A stretch of DNA of 64,000 nt from Acidimicrobiales bacterium. Lineage in GTDB: Bacteria; Actinomycetota; Acidimicrobiia; Acidimicrobiales; CAVXTF01. Within the stretch, counting starts at the first letter, position 1. The number at the start of each line of letters is the position of its first letter. Made by a program: the position numbers and the translations under genes. Location of the stretch: assembly GCA_049281195.1 (NCBI GenBank), contig JBAPRR010000428.1:8267-72266 (forward strand), given 5' to 3'. This document shows positions 1-7,985 of the stretch, in pieces. The notes under the pieces were generated by a model. That model did not search any database. It was given only the letters and a program-made list of their open reading frames with translations, and was not told the origin of the DNA.

Positions 1-102
1 TGCGAGGTCTTCGCCACCATGGCTCAAGCGGCCACCTCGACGATGGCGAAGGGGATCTACCGGTGGGCGTCAACACAATCGAAGAAGGAAATCGCCGACT
101 GA
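1..102 (+). CDS. 3' end of an unidentified CDS entering from upstream of the window
   Basis: Frame 1 is open from base 1 to TGA at 100-102, with G/C-rich third positions. Only 33 codons are visible and there is no recognisable motif. Confidence 0.3.
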   Translation, partial: CEVFATMAQAATSTMAKGIYRWASTQSKKEIAD

Positions 103-214
103 CCGGCTCCCCGGTGCCCGACTGACCGGCTCCCCCGTGCCCGACTGATCGGCTCTCCCGAGCCCCGCTGATCGGCTCCCCCGACCCGATTTATCGGCTC
201 CTCCTACCCCTCCC
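97..214. repeat. About 5 degenerate tandem copies of a 23-24 nt unit (core CTGAYCGGCTCYCC)
   Basis: Read directly: units at 97-119, 120-142, 143-166, 167-189 and 190-214. The first copy overlaps the stop codon at 100-102. The array lies upstream of ctaC. Confidence 0.8.
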
Positions 215-305
215 GGCGGGCTTCACAATCCCACAATGACCAGCGCACAAACGAACACAAAACCCGTGTTCAAAAGGTTCGGGCCCCCAGGCCCTCCCAA
301 CTACC

Positions 306-1268
306 TTGCAGCGTGCGACGTTGGCTAGTGTCGGCCCGGTGAAGCGGTCCTCCGACCCGAGCGGCGCCGTGGCGCCGGAGGCAAAGAATCACACAGGCGC
401 CGGCATGGGCGTAGGCACTGGCGACGCCACGGCGGGTACTGAGGTCCTCGGGACCCCCACCACAACCACCAGTCGCTGGCCTTCCAAGCGGCGCACGCTC
501 GCCCTCGGAATCTTCGCCCTCCCCGTTCTGCTCGGGGGGTGCCAGCTGCCAGCCTTCTGGGGCTACAAGGGCAGCACCACCCAGGGACACGACGAGTTCC
601 TCATGTACGCCTGGACGGTCATCGCGGGGCTGATCGTGGGTGGGATAGTCACTCTGCTGATCCTGTATCCGATTCTCTTCAACAGGCGTAAGAAGAACAC
701 CGACGTGATGCCCCGTCAGTTCCAGTACCACACCGGGCTCGAGATCTTCTACACGGTGACCCCGATCATCATCGTGCTCATAATCTTCGCCTTCACCGTC
801 ATCTCGGAGAACCACATCGACGCTCTGGCGTCTTCGCCGACGGTGGATGTGAAGGTCACCGCGTTCCAATGGGGCTGGGAGTTCCAGTACCCGACGGAGA
901 ACATCATCGTGCTCGGTCACACCACGCAGGACCCGGACATGGTCCTACCGGCGGGTCAGACCGCCCAGGTGACTCTCGTCTCGCAAGATGTCATTCACGG
1001 TTTCTACGTCCCCGAGTTCAACTTCAGCCGCTACGCGCAGCCCGGAGTGACCAACAAGTTCGACCTGACGGTGAACAAACCCGGGGACTACAGAGGGCAG
1101 TGCACCCAGTTGTGCGGCCTGTACCACGCGTTGATGTTCTTCCATGTGACAGCCCTCCCGCCGGCGCAATTCCAGGCTTGGCTGACCAGGAATTCGAACC
1201 GAAGCTTCATAGGAGAGTCGTCGCACCTCGCCGCGAGCGGGACCGGCGCACTGTCCGGATCGGGGTGA
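306..1268 (+). CDS. ctaC: Cytochrome c oxidase subunit II (CuA subunit), probable lipoprotein
   Basis: CuA motif CTQLCGLYHALM and HGFYVPEF. Two TM helices. Lipobox-like LLGGC after a basic/hydrophobic leader. Directly precedes ctaD. The start is uncertain: TTG at 306 is the longest ORF, and ATG at 405 is an alternative. Confidence 0.9.
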   Translation: MQRATLASVGPVKRSSDPSGAVAPEAKNHTGAGMGVGTGDATAGTEVLGTPTTTTSRWPSKRRTLALGIFALPVLLGGCQLPAFWGYKGSTTQGHDEFLMYAWTVIAGLIVGGIVTLLILYPILFNRRKKNTDVMPRQFQYHTGLEIFYTVTPIIIVLIIFAFTVISENHIDALASSPTVDVKVTAFQWGWEFQYPTENIIVLGHTTQDPDMVLPAGQTAQVTLVSQDVIHGFYVPEFNFSRYAQPGVTNKFDLTVNKPGDYRGQCTQLCGLYHALMFFHVTALPPAQFQAWLTRNSNRSFIGESSHLAASGTGALSGSG

Positions 1269-1275
1269 CCAGCAG

Positions 1276-3036
1276 ATGACGCTTCTCGAAGAACGCAAGG
1301 CCTCTCATGCAGATGAGGGCGGCGCTCATGGAGAACACGGCGGCCACGATGACCATTACGGGCACCACGAGGGCCCGCGGGGGATCCTGCTCTGGCTGAC
1401 GAGCACCGACCACAAGATCATCGGGCTCAACTACATGATCACGTCGCTGGTCATGTTCTTCTTCGCCGGGAGCATGGCCCTGGTGATCCGGATCCAGCTG
1501 GCTTCGCCACAGAGTTCGTTCCTCTCGTACCAGACGTACAACGAGCTGTTCACCATGCACGGCAGCTTGATGCTCTATCTGTTCGCCGGGCCATTCGCCT
1601 TCGGTGGACTGGCCAACTTCATCGTTCCCCTGCAAATCGGCGCTCCGGACATGGCGTTCCCCAGGCTGAACGCGCTCTCGTACTGGCTGTACCTGAGCGG
1701 GTCCATAACGATGCTTTTGGGTTTCTTCACCGCGGGCGGCGCTGCTGCCTTCGGCTGGGTCGGGTACGCCCCGCTCTCTAATGCGGTCAACTCTCCGGGA
1801 ACCGGTGCCGACCTTTGGATCCTCGCCCTCGGATTAACGGGATTCTCGGCCATCTTCACCGGGGTGAACCTGATAACCACCATCTTCTATCTGCGCGCGC
1901 CCGGCATGACCATGTTTCGAATGCCGATCTTCACCTGGAACATGCTTGTCACCGCGCTATTGATCCTGGTGGCATTCCCGGTGCTCACGAGCGCCATGAT
2001 CATGCTGTGGGCGGACCGACATTTCGGCACCCATTTCTTCGAAGTCCAAGGCGGTGGTGCGCCGATCCTCTATCAGAACCTGTTCTGGTTCTTCGGGCAT
2101 CCCGAGGTGTACATCCTTGCGCTGCCGTATTTCGGCATCGTCACAGAGGTGATCCCTGTCTTCTCCCGCAAGCCCTTGTTCGGCTACAAGGGGATGGTCT
2201 TCGCCACCATGGCGATCGCTGCGCTTTCGACAGGGGTGTGGGCGCACCACATGTTCACCACGGGAACGGTTCTTCTGCCGTTCTTCTCGTTGTTGTCGCT
2301 TCTGATCGCGGTGCCTACCGGCATCAAGTTCTTCAACTGGATCGGGACGATGTGGGGAGGGCAGATCTCCTTCAAGACTCCGATGTTGTTCTCGATCGGG
2401 TTCTTATTCGCGTTCTTGATGGGTGGGATCACCGGCGTCATGCTGGCTTCGCCGCCCATCGACTTCGCCACACACGACACCTACTTCGTGGTGGCGCACT
2501 TCCACCAGGTCCTCATCGGGACAACGGTGTTCGCGGGCTTCGCCGGCTTCTACTTCTGGTATCCCAAGATGTTCGGTCGAATGCTCAACGAAGCCTTGGG
2601 CAAGGCCCACTTCTGGATGCTCTTCGTCGGCTTCTGGGTGATGACCATGCCCCAGTACCTGCTGGGTCTGTACGGGATGCCCCGTCGTGTGGCCACCTAT
2701 CCCAATCTGCCCGACTGGCACTGGCTGAACGTGCTGGCCAGCATCGGCGGTTGGATGATCGGACTGTCGTTCGTGTTCATGTTCGTGAACATCGGGCTGT
2801 CCATATGGGGCAAGAACATCGTGAAGGCGCCGGACAACCCCTGGGACGGAGGGGCGCTCGAATGGTTCACCATGTCGCCGCCTTCACATCACAACTTCGA
2901 GAAGCTGCCCCCGATCCGTTCGGAACGGCCGGTGTGGGATTACAACCACCCCGATTACGTTGCCATCGACCACGTGGCCGAGCATCGAGCTCATCAGCTG
3001 GCAGCGGGCGTCGGATCCTCGACGAGTCGGGAGTGA
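1276..3036 (+). CDS. ctaD: Cytochrome c oxidase subunit I (heme-copper oxidase catalytic subunit)
   Basis: Conserved strings WFFGHPEVYIL, HHMFTTG and VAHFHQVL. About 12 TM helices, 586 aa. Confidence 0.97.
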   Translation: MTLLEERKASHADEGGAHGEHGGHDDHYGHHEGPRGILLWLTSTDHKIIGLNYMITSLVMFFFAGSMALVIRIQLASPQSSFLSYQTYNELFTMHGSLMLYLFAGPFAFGGLANFIVPLQIGAPDMAFPRLNALSYWLYLSGSITMLLGFFTAGGAAAFGWVGYAPLSNAVNSPGTGADLWILALGLTGFSAIFTGVNLITTIFYLRAPGMTMFRMPIFTWNMLVTALLILVAFPVLTSAMIMLWADRHFGTHFFEVQGGGAPILYQNLFWFFGHPEVYILALPYFGIVTEVIPVFSRKPLFGYKGMVFATMAIAALSTGVWAHHMFTTGTVLLPFFSLLSLLIAVPTGIKFFNWIGTMWGGQISFKTPMLFSIGFLFAFLMGGITGVMLASPPIDFATHDTYFVVAHFHQVLIGTTVFAGFAGFYFWYPKMFGRMLNEALGKAHFWMLFVGFWVMTMPQYLLGLYGMPRRVATYPNLPDWHWLNVLASIGGWMIGLSFVFMFVNIGLSIWGKNIVKAPDNPWDGGALEWFTMSPPSHHNFEKLPPIRSERPVWDYNHPDYVAIDHVAEHRAHQLAAGVGSSTSRE

Positions 3037-3043
3037 GGACCTC

Positions 3044-3469
3044 ATGAAAACCGAAGCCAAACTGCTGATCGGGGTCGGGTCGTTCTTCTCCATCACCGAC
3101 ATCGTGTACTGGTTCTGGGGCTATCACTTCCTCGCCGGCAACGACAAGGTAGGCCCGGAACAGTCCGGGACGGTCATGCTGATCGGCACGGTGCTCCTCG
3201 GCTTTGTGCCCGGCCTTTATTACCTGTGGTGGTCGCGCCACATGAAGCCGAGGCCCGAAGACCGGCCCGATGCCACCATCGAAGAGGGATCCGGCGTGAT
3301 CGGCTCCTTCCCGAGTTCCAGCATCTGGCCGTTCGTCTTCGGGATGGGCTGCCTCGGTATCGCCCTTGCCGCCGCGTTCGGCTTCTGGCTGATCGTCCCT
3401 GCCTTCTCTCTCATATTCGGTGCTGCAATCGGTTACACCGTCGAGAGTCGCCGAGGCGGCCAGGTCTAA
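3044..3469 (+). CDS. ctaF: Cytochrome c oxidase subunit IV (actinobacterial CtaF type)
   Basis: Small 4-TM protein (MKTEAKLLIGVGSFFSITDIVYWFWGY...) immediately after ctaD. ATG at 3044 is preceded by GGGAGTGAGGA. Position and size fit CtaF. Confidence 0.75.
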   Translation: MKTEAKLLIGVGSFFSITDIVYWFWGYHFLAGNDKVGPEQSGTVMLIGTVLLGFVPGLYYLWWSRHMKPRPEDRPDATIEEGSGVIGSFPSSSIWPFVFGMGCLGIALAAAFGFWLIVPAFSLIFGAAIGYTVESRRGGQV

Positions 3470-3560
3470 CTGCGCGCTTGCGGGCGGACTAGTGCCGCCT
3501 GTATAGGCATCCTCAGCCACTTCAACTCGGCTCCTGTGCTCTGGAGCCATCGCCAACGCT

Positions 3561-3610
3561 GAGTCCCCACCTGACTGAGTCCCCACCCTGACTGAGTCCC
3601 TGCCCGGAGT
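3561..3610. repeat. Three tandem copies of a 16-17 nt unit (GAGTCCCCACCTGACT)
   Basis: Read directly: 3561-3576, 3577-3593, 3594-3610. Intergenic, downstream of ctaF. Confidence 0.8.
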
Positions 3611-3697
3611 TACCTACTCGTTGACGGCGTTCGGCTGACTGTCACACCACGCCAGTAGTCAATTCGGACACCACCACCGAATTGAGAGAAGCCGTTC

Positions 3698-4177
3698 ATG
3701 CCGTTTGTAGAGGGTGACCTTCCCGTAACGCCCGCCACCCAGAAAGAGTGGCCGCCCGTTAACTCGACGATGGCACTGCACCTCAGCTCCATCGCCGCAG
3801 CACGGGCCTTCTATCCGAACCACAAGGCCGGCGAGATCGACTGCCCGGATTGCAAGGCGGCGGTTGTCGGTATCGCTGAGGAGTTCTCTCGCTGGGTAGC
3901 TCAGAACGTTGAAACCTTCGAGCCCCAACGCGATGACATCGTGGCCGACGTAGGGCGTCAGGTGTTCGACGGAGTGGGAGCGACGAAGGATCATTCCATC
4001 TCGCATACGCAATACCTGGTAGTGGGACGGGCGTGCCACGGATCTCGTTTCGTCGCCGATTGGCTGGAGGAGACCGGACGGATCACGGACCGTTTCGAGG
4101 TCGAGAAGTGGCTTATGCGCGTGGTCATCGACTGGGTCGACATTCACCTGCGCGTCGAGTCGCGGAACTTCAACTAA
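3698..4177 (+). CDS. Hypothetical protein (159 aa)
   Basis: ATG ORF whose third codon positions are predominantly G/C (counted by eye), unlike the overlapping - strand ORF 3659..4360. No recognisable domain; contains DCPDCK. Confidence 0.55.
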   Translation: MPFVEGDLPVTPATQKEWPPVNSTMALHLSSIAAARAFYPNHKAGEIDCPDCKAAVVGIAEEFSRWVAQNVETFEPQRDDIVADVGRQVFDGVGATKDHSISHTQYLVVGRACHGSRFVADWLEETGRITDRFEVEKWLMRVVIDWVDIHLRVESRNFN

Positions 4178-4328
4178 TGCCGGGCCAGACAGCGTGCGCA
4201 TCGTCAGTGGTGTCGTCGGTGGCATAAACGGTGGCGTCACTCCGACCTCATGTCCTCCTTGGCTGGTCGTCAGCCGCCCGACGTAATCTGGCACGCTGTT
4301 CTCAACCCACATCCGAGGAGGTCGGGTC

Positions 4329-5087
4329 ATCACGCACGACAATCGCATCGCCCTGGTCACCGGGGCGAACCAAGGTGTCGGTTTTCAGGTGACAAAGGAA
4401 CTCGTCGCTCACGGCCACACGGTGTTGCTCGGATCGCGCAACCTCGAGCGTGGTGAGGCCGCTTCGCGTCAGATTGGGTCGGGAGCGATCGCTATTCAGA
4501 TCGACGTAACCGATGCGACATCGATCGTTGCGGCCGCGGAGCGTGTCCGCCAGGAGTTCGGTCGTCTCGACCTGCTGGTCAATAACGCCGCAATCTCGAA
4601 CACAAGAAAAGGCAGCTTGTCCCTCGAAGAGTACGCAATGCTGTCCAAAGCGAGCAACGCATCACTCGACGAGGTACGAGCTGTCTGGGATACCAACGTG
4701 TTCGGCGTCTTGGCCGTTTATCAAGCGTTCTTGCCGCTGCTACGCGAGGGGTCGAATCCGCGCATCGTCAACGTGTCGAGCGGAGTTGGCTCGTTGGCGA
4801 CGAATGCAGACCCGGCATTCCCCTACCACGCGATGTTCGGCCCCATCTACCCTGCATCCAAGGCGGCCCTCAACGCCGTCACGCTTGCCATGATGATCGA
4901 GTTGGAGTCGACAGACATCAAGATCAACTTGGTCTCGCCGGCTTTCACCAGTACGAATCTCAACGGATACGCGGGCACGGAGTCTGTCGAGGACGGCTCT
5001 CGTGAGGTAGTGCGCGTTGCGCTACTCGGTCCGGACGGCCCAACAGGCACTTTCACCAGATGGGAGAACGAGACGATTCCGTGGTGA
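4329..5087 (+). CDS. Short-chain dehydrogenase/reductase (SDR), probably with a non-canonical start
   Basis: Classical SDR motifs NNAA and YPASK, with Rossmann motif ALVTGANQGVG. That motif lies upstream of the first canonical start (GTG 4389) in the same open frame. ATC at 4329 sits 8 nt after GAGGAGG. The 5' boundary is uncertain. Confidence 0.8.
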   Translation: MTHDNRIALVTGANQGVGFQVTKELVAHGHTVLLGSRNLERGEAASRQIGSGAIAIQIDVTDATSIVAAAERVRQEFGRLDLLVNNAAISNTRKGSLSLEEYAMLSKASNASLDEVRAVWDTNVFGVLAVYQAFLPLLREGSNPRIVNVSSGVGSLATNADPAFPYHAMFGPIYPASKAALNAVTLAMMIELESTDIKINLVSPAFTSTNLNGYAGTESVEDGSREVVRVALLGPDGPTGTFTRWENETIPW

Positions 5088-5173
5088 ATCGTCGTCCCAG
5101 TGTGATTTACGGCGCAGCAGACACGACCCCGTTGGCGGCCTGAGAAAGCGGTAGCTACCCACGCCGGGCTACG

Positions 5174-5719
5174 TCAGGTGGCTGATGAGTCCGACCGTTT
5201 CGCTCCGAGCAACGTCACGAAGATCGTCACGGGCTGGTCGGACCGGTTCCGCCACGCATGACGAACGCCGTTCATGACGACACAGTCCCCGGCCTTCATG
5301 TGGACCTCTTCGCCGTCGTCGAGCTCCAGATCGACCTCGCCCGAGATGATCACATCGATGTCGACGGTGTCGGTCCGATGCATCCCGGGGTTGCCGGGTT
5401 CCATGGATTCTGCGAGTCCGGGAAGCTTGATCGCGATCTCGTTCAGCGCGTTGCCGATGTCGATGTCCGGCGGGATGGCCACCGAATCGGGTCCCAAGGT
5501 GAAGAAGTTGAAGCGATAGCCCATCTCCGGTGGGAAGTAGGCCGGCATGTCGGGCTGATTGCCCTCTGTCGGCAGCGCCGGAGGCCCATCAGAACCCCAC
5601 ATCCGGTGGAACTCTGTTCCGGGCAGTAACGCGATATCTACCGGTTCGACCTCCGTGTCCGAGACAAACACGGACTTTCCCGCTTTGTCCTGCCCCGTCA
5701 CGATCCGGCGGATCTTCAT
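5174..5719 (-). CDS. Cupin-domain protein
   Basis: MKIRRIVTGQDKAGKSVF... with a C-terminal beta-barrel segment GEVDLELDDGEEVHMKAGDCVVMNGVRHAWRN typical of cupin_2. ATG at 5719 is preceded by GAGGAG. The longer ORF to 5959 would overlap the upstream gene. Confidence 0.7.
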   Translation of the reverse strand: MKIRRIVTGQDKAGKSVFVSDTEVEPVDIALLPGTEFHRMWGSDGPPALPTEGNQPDMPAYFPPEMGYRFNFFTLGPDSVAIPPDIDIGNALNEIAIKLPGLAESMEPGNPGMHRTDTVDIDVIISGEVDLELDDGEEVHMKAGDCVVMNGVRHAWRNRSDQPVTIFVTLLGAKRSDSSAT

Positions 5720-5736
5720 GCCGTACTCCTCTCTGC

Positions 5737-6300
5737 TCAACGCACCTTCTGAAGCAACGCGTTCACATTGGCCAAGTTGAACTCTGCAGGATCGAAGGAG
5801 CCTCCGACCAGATCGAGACAGCTTTGATGCTCTCCGTTCGAGGGATCGGAGATCGCCTCGAGGAAACCCGCATAACCCGAGATTCCTCCCACGTCCTCCG
5901 GAGGACAGGAGTTGGCACCGTCGACACACACCCCGTATTTCAAACGGAAGTACGACCACCCGAGTTCCTCGATGACAACCTCATGCTTCCAAGAATCGCC
6001 GAAGTCATATTCGAAGGTGAAGTGCTTTACATCACTGAGCGCCTGCAGAACGGTGACGTCCTTCTCGTCGACCTGGCCTTCAGGAACGTCGTCAAAGTCG
6101 ATCCCGTAAGACGCGCCACCCACCTTGAACTCGTGCAGGTGGAACTTCGTCCAACCCATGGCGGCAATGAGCATGCCCGCCAGCTTGGCCATACTGACCT
6201 CACCAGGAACAAGGAGCCGGCGCCAGATCACCGGATCGATGTCGTCGAGCTGAATTCGTAAGCGCAGGAAACTCTGGTCAGAAGGCTGGTTCAGTGGCAT
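5737..6300 (-). CDS. pRiA4b ORF-3-like (MM3350-like) domain protein
   Basis: Family signature FLRLRIQLDDIDPVIWRRLLVP...MGWTKFHLHEF...YG...FEYDFGDSWKHEVVIE. It ends 17 nt before the cupin gene on the same strand. Confidence 0.85.
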   Translation of the reverse strand: MPLNQPSDQSFLRLRIQLDDIDPVIWRRLLVPGEVSMAKLAGMLIAAMGWTKFHLHEFKVGGASYGIDFDDVPEGQVDEKDVTVLQALSDVKHFTFEYDFGDSWKHEVVIEELGWSYFRLKYGVCVDGANSCPPEDVGGISGYAGFLEAISDPSNGEHQSCLDLVGGSFDPAEFNLANVNALLQKVR

Positions 6301-6317
6301 TGGTGGTGCTCGAGCCC

Positions 6318-6349
6318 GGTACGTCGGTACATCGGTACATCGGTACGTC
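6318..6349. repeat. Four tandem 8-mers GGTACRTC
   Basis: GGTACGTC GGTACATC GGTACATC GGTACGTC read directly. Degenerate continuation to about 6367. Lies 18-49 nt upstream of the pRiA4b-like start, in the 92-nt gap after qcrB. Confidence 0.8.
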
Positions 6350-6392
6350 GATGTCGCTACGTCAGCGAATCTGCCCAGATGAAATGGGGCCC

Positions 6393-7985
6393 CTAGCGCT
6401 CCGCGCGCCGCACGCCGGCCGGGACAGGATCGAGGCCCTCGTCTTTGACCGCCGGGATGTCGATCTCGCCGGGGACGGTGATCGGCTCGTTCTCGACGTG
6501 ACCGTCGCCCGGACGGGGAGCGGACTCCACGGTGGCGTACTGCCCCGTCGCGGTACGGACGACCACCACCGCACGCTTGCGCTTACCGATTCCGGGAACG
6601 CCTGCCATGTCCAGGCAGATTCGCCACGTCACAAAGCCCACGATGATCGGCACGATCATGACGATGAACCGGAACGACCACAACACGATGTTCAACGAGA
6701 TCTTGAAGAAGTTCGCCATGACGTCGGTCGAGCTGGCCGCGAACAGGCAGAAGTAGAAGGTGAGGAAGGCCGCACCGATGGCGGTCCTCTTGGGTCTGTC
6801 ACGCGGTCTGTCCAACAGCTGGTGTTCGGCATGGTCGCCGGTCAGCCAGGCCTCCACGAACGGCCACGCATAGAAGAGCCCGAACGTGAGCCCGGGGAAC
6901 AACACCGCGGGTAAGAAGACCTCGAACGGGATCGTATGGCCGAAGCCGGCAAACTCCCAGCTCGGCATTATTCGAAGCGCACCGTCCAACCACCCCATGT
7001 ACCAGTCCGGTTGAACGGCGTAAGAGATCTTGTCGGGCTGATATGGACCGAACTGCCAGATCGGGTTGATCTGCACCAGACCACCGAGGGCCCACAGAAC
7101 GCCGGCCACCATGAACATGAACCCGGTGGTCTTCAGGATGAAGTTCGGGTACATCGGCGAACCGACGACGTTCTTCTCGGTCCGTCCCGGCCCCGGGAAC
7201 TGGGTGTGCTTCTGTTTCACCAGCAGTCCCAGGTGGGCTGCCAGCAAACCGAAAATTATGAGCGGAATTACCAGGACGTGAAGTATGAACAGGCGCGGAA
7301 TGATGGACCCGTCCCCCGGGAAGTTCCCTCCGAACACGAACCACGCCAGGTAGGTACCGACCAGCGGCACCGACAAGATGATGGAGAAGGCGATCCGCAG
7401 TCCGGTACCCGACACCAGGTCGTCGGGAAGCGAGTAGCCGAGGAAGCCGTTGACGATCGCAAGCGTGAGCAGCGTCACCCCGACGATCCAGTTCAGCTCG
7501 CGGGGACGGCGGTATGCGCCGGTGAAGAACACGCGGGCCATGTGAACCGCGATGGATCCGACGAACACGTCGGCCGCCCAGTGGTGCATCTGGCGTATGA
7601 CGAGACCGCTTCTGACGGCGAAAGAAAGGTTGACCGACGACGCGTACGCCGCGGACATCGACTGACCGCGTAAGGGCTTGTAGATGCCCTCGTAGACCAC
7701 CTGCGCCGATGACGGCTCGTAGTACAACGACAGGAAGATCCCCGTCAGGATCAGGATGATGAACGAGTAGAGCGCGATCTCACCGAGCAGGAACGACCAG
7801 TGGTCGGGGAAGATCTTGTCCAGGAAGGTCCGTCCGCCTTTCGCCACGCCAAGGCGTTGGTCGGCCCACTTGACGCCGCCACCGATCGCCTTGCGCGGCT
7901 CGATCTCCGGCAGCTTGGGGCCGCGACCGCCGCGCTTCGCTCCCGCGGCGGCAGAGCCGTTTCCTTCGAGGGGCGGAGGTGTCAT
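6393..7985 (-). CDS. qcrB: Cytochrome bc1 complex cytochrome b subunit
   Basis: Multi-TM cytochrome b with IRQMHHWAADVF and PDWYMGW-type strings and a long C-terminal extension. Follows qcrA with a 4-nt overlap. Confidence 0.93.
   Translation of the reverse strand: MTPPPLEGNGSAAAGAKRGGRGPKLPEIEPRKAIGGGVKWADQRLGVAKGGRTFLDKIFPDHWSFLLGEIALYSFIILILTGIFLSLYYEPSSAQVVYEGIYKPLRGQSMSAAYASSVNLSFAVRSGLVIRQMHHWAADVFVGSIAVHMARVFFTGAYRRPRELNWIVGVTLLTLAIVNGFLGYSLPDDLVSGTGLRIAFSIILSVPLVGTYLAWFVFGGNFPGDGSIIPRLFILHVLVIPLIIFGLLAAHLGLLVKQKHTQFPGPGRTEKNVVGSPMYPNFILKTTGFMFMVAGVLWALGGLVQINPIWQFGPYQPDKISYAVQPDWYMGWLDGALRIMPSWEFAGFGHTIPFEVFLPAVLFPGLTFGLFYAWPFVEAWLTGDHAEHQLLDRPRDRPKRTAIGAAFLTFYFCLFAASSTDVMANFFKISLNIVLWSFRFIVMIVPIIVGFVTWRICLDMAGVPGIGKRKRAVVVVRTATGQYATVESAPRPGDGHVENEPITVPGEIDIPAVKDEGLDPVPAGVRRAER

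Noticed and set aside
1815-3047. 410-aa ORF on the + strand overlapping ctaD in another frame
   Set aside because: It is an Arg/Gly/His-rich low-information translation, typical of an alternate frame in high-GC DNA. The overlapping frame encodes an unmistakable cytochrome oxidase subunit I.
3659-4360. 233-aa - strand ORF overlapping the hypothetical gene 3698..4177
   Set aside because: The + strand frame has G/C-dominated third codon positions (checked codon by codon), as expected for coding sequence here. The - strand ORF would also run into the SDR upstream region. I kept the + strand call, but only at moderate confidence.
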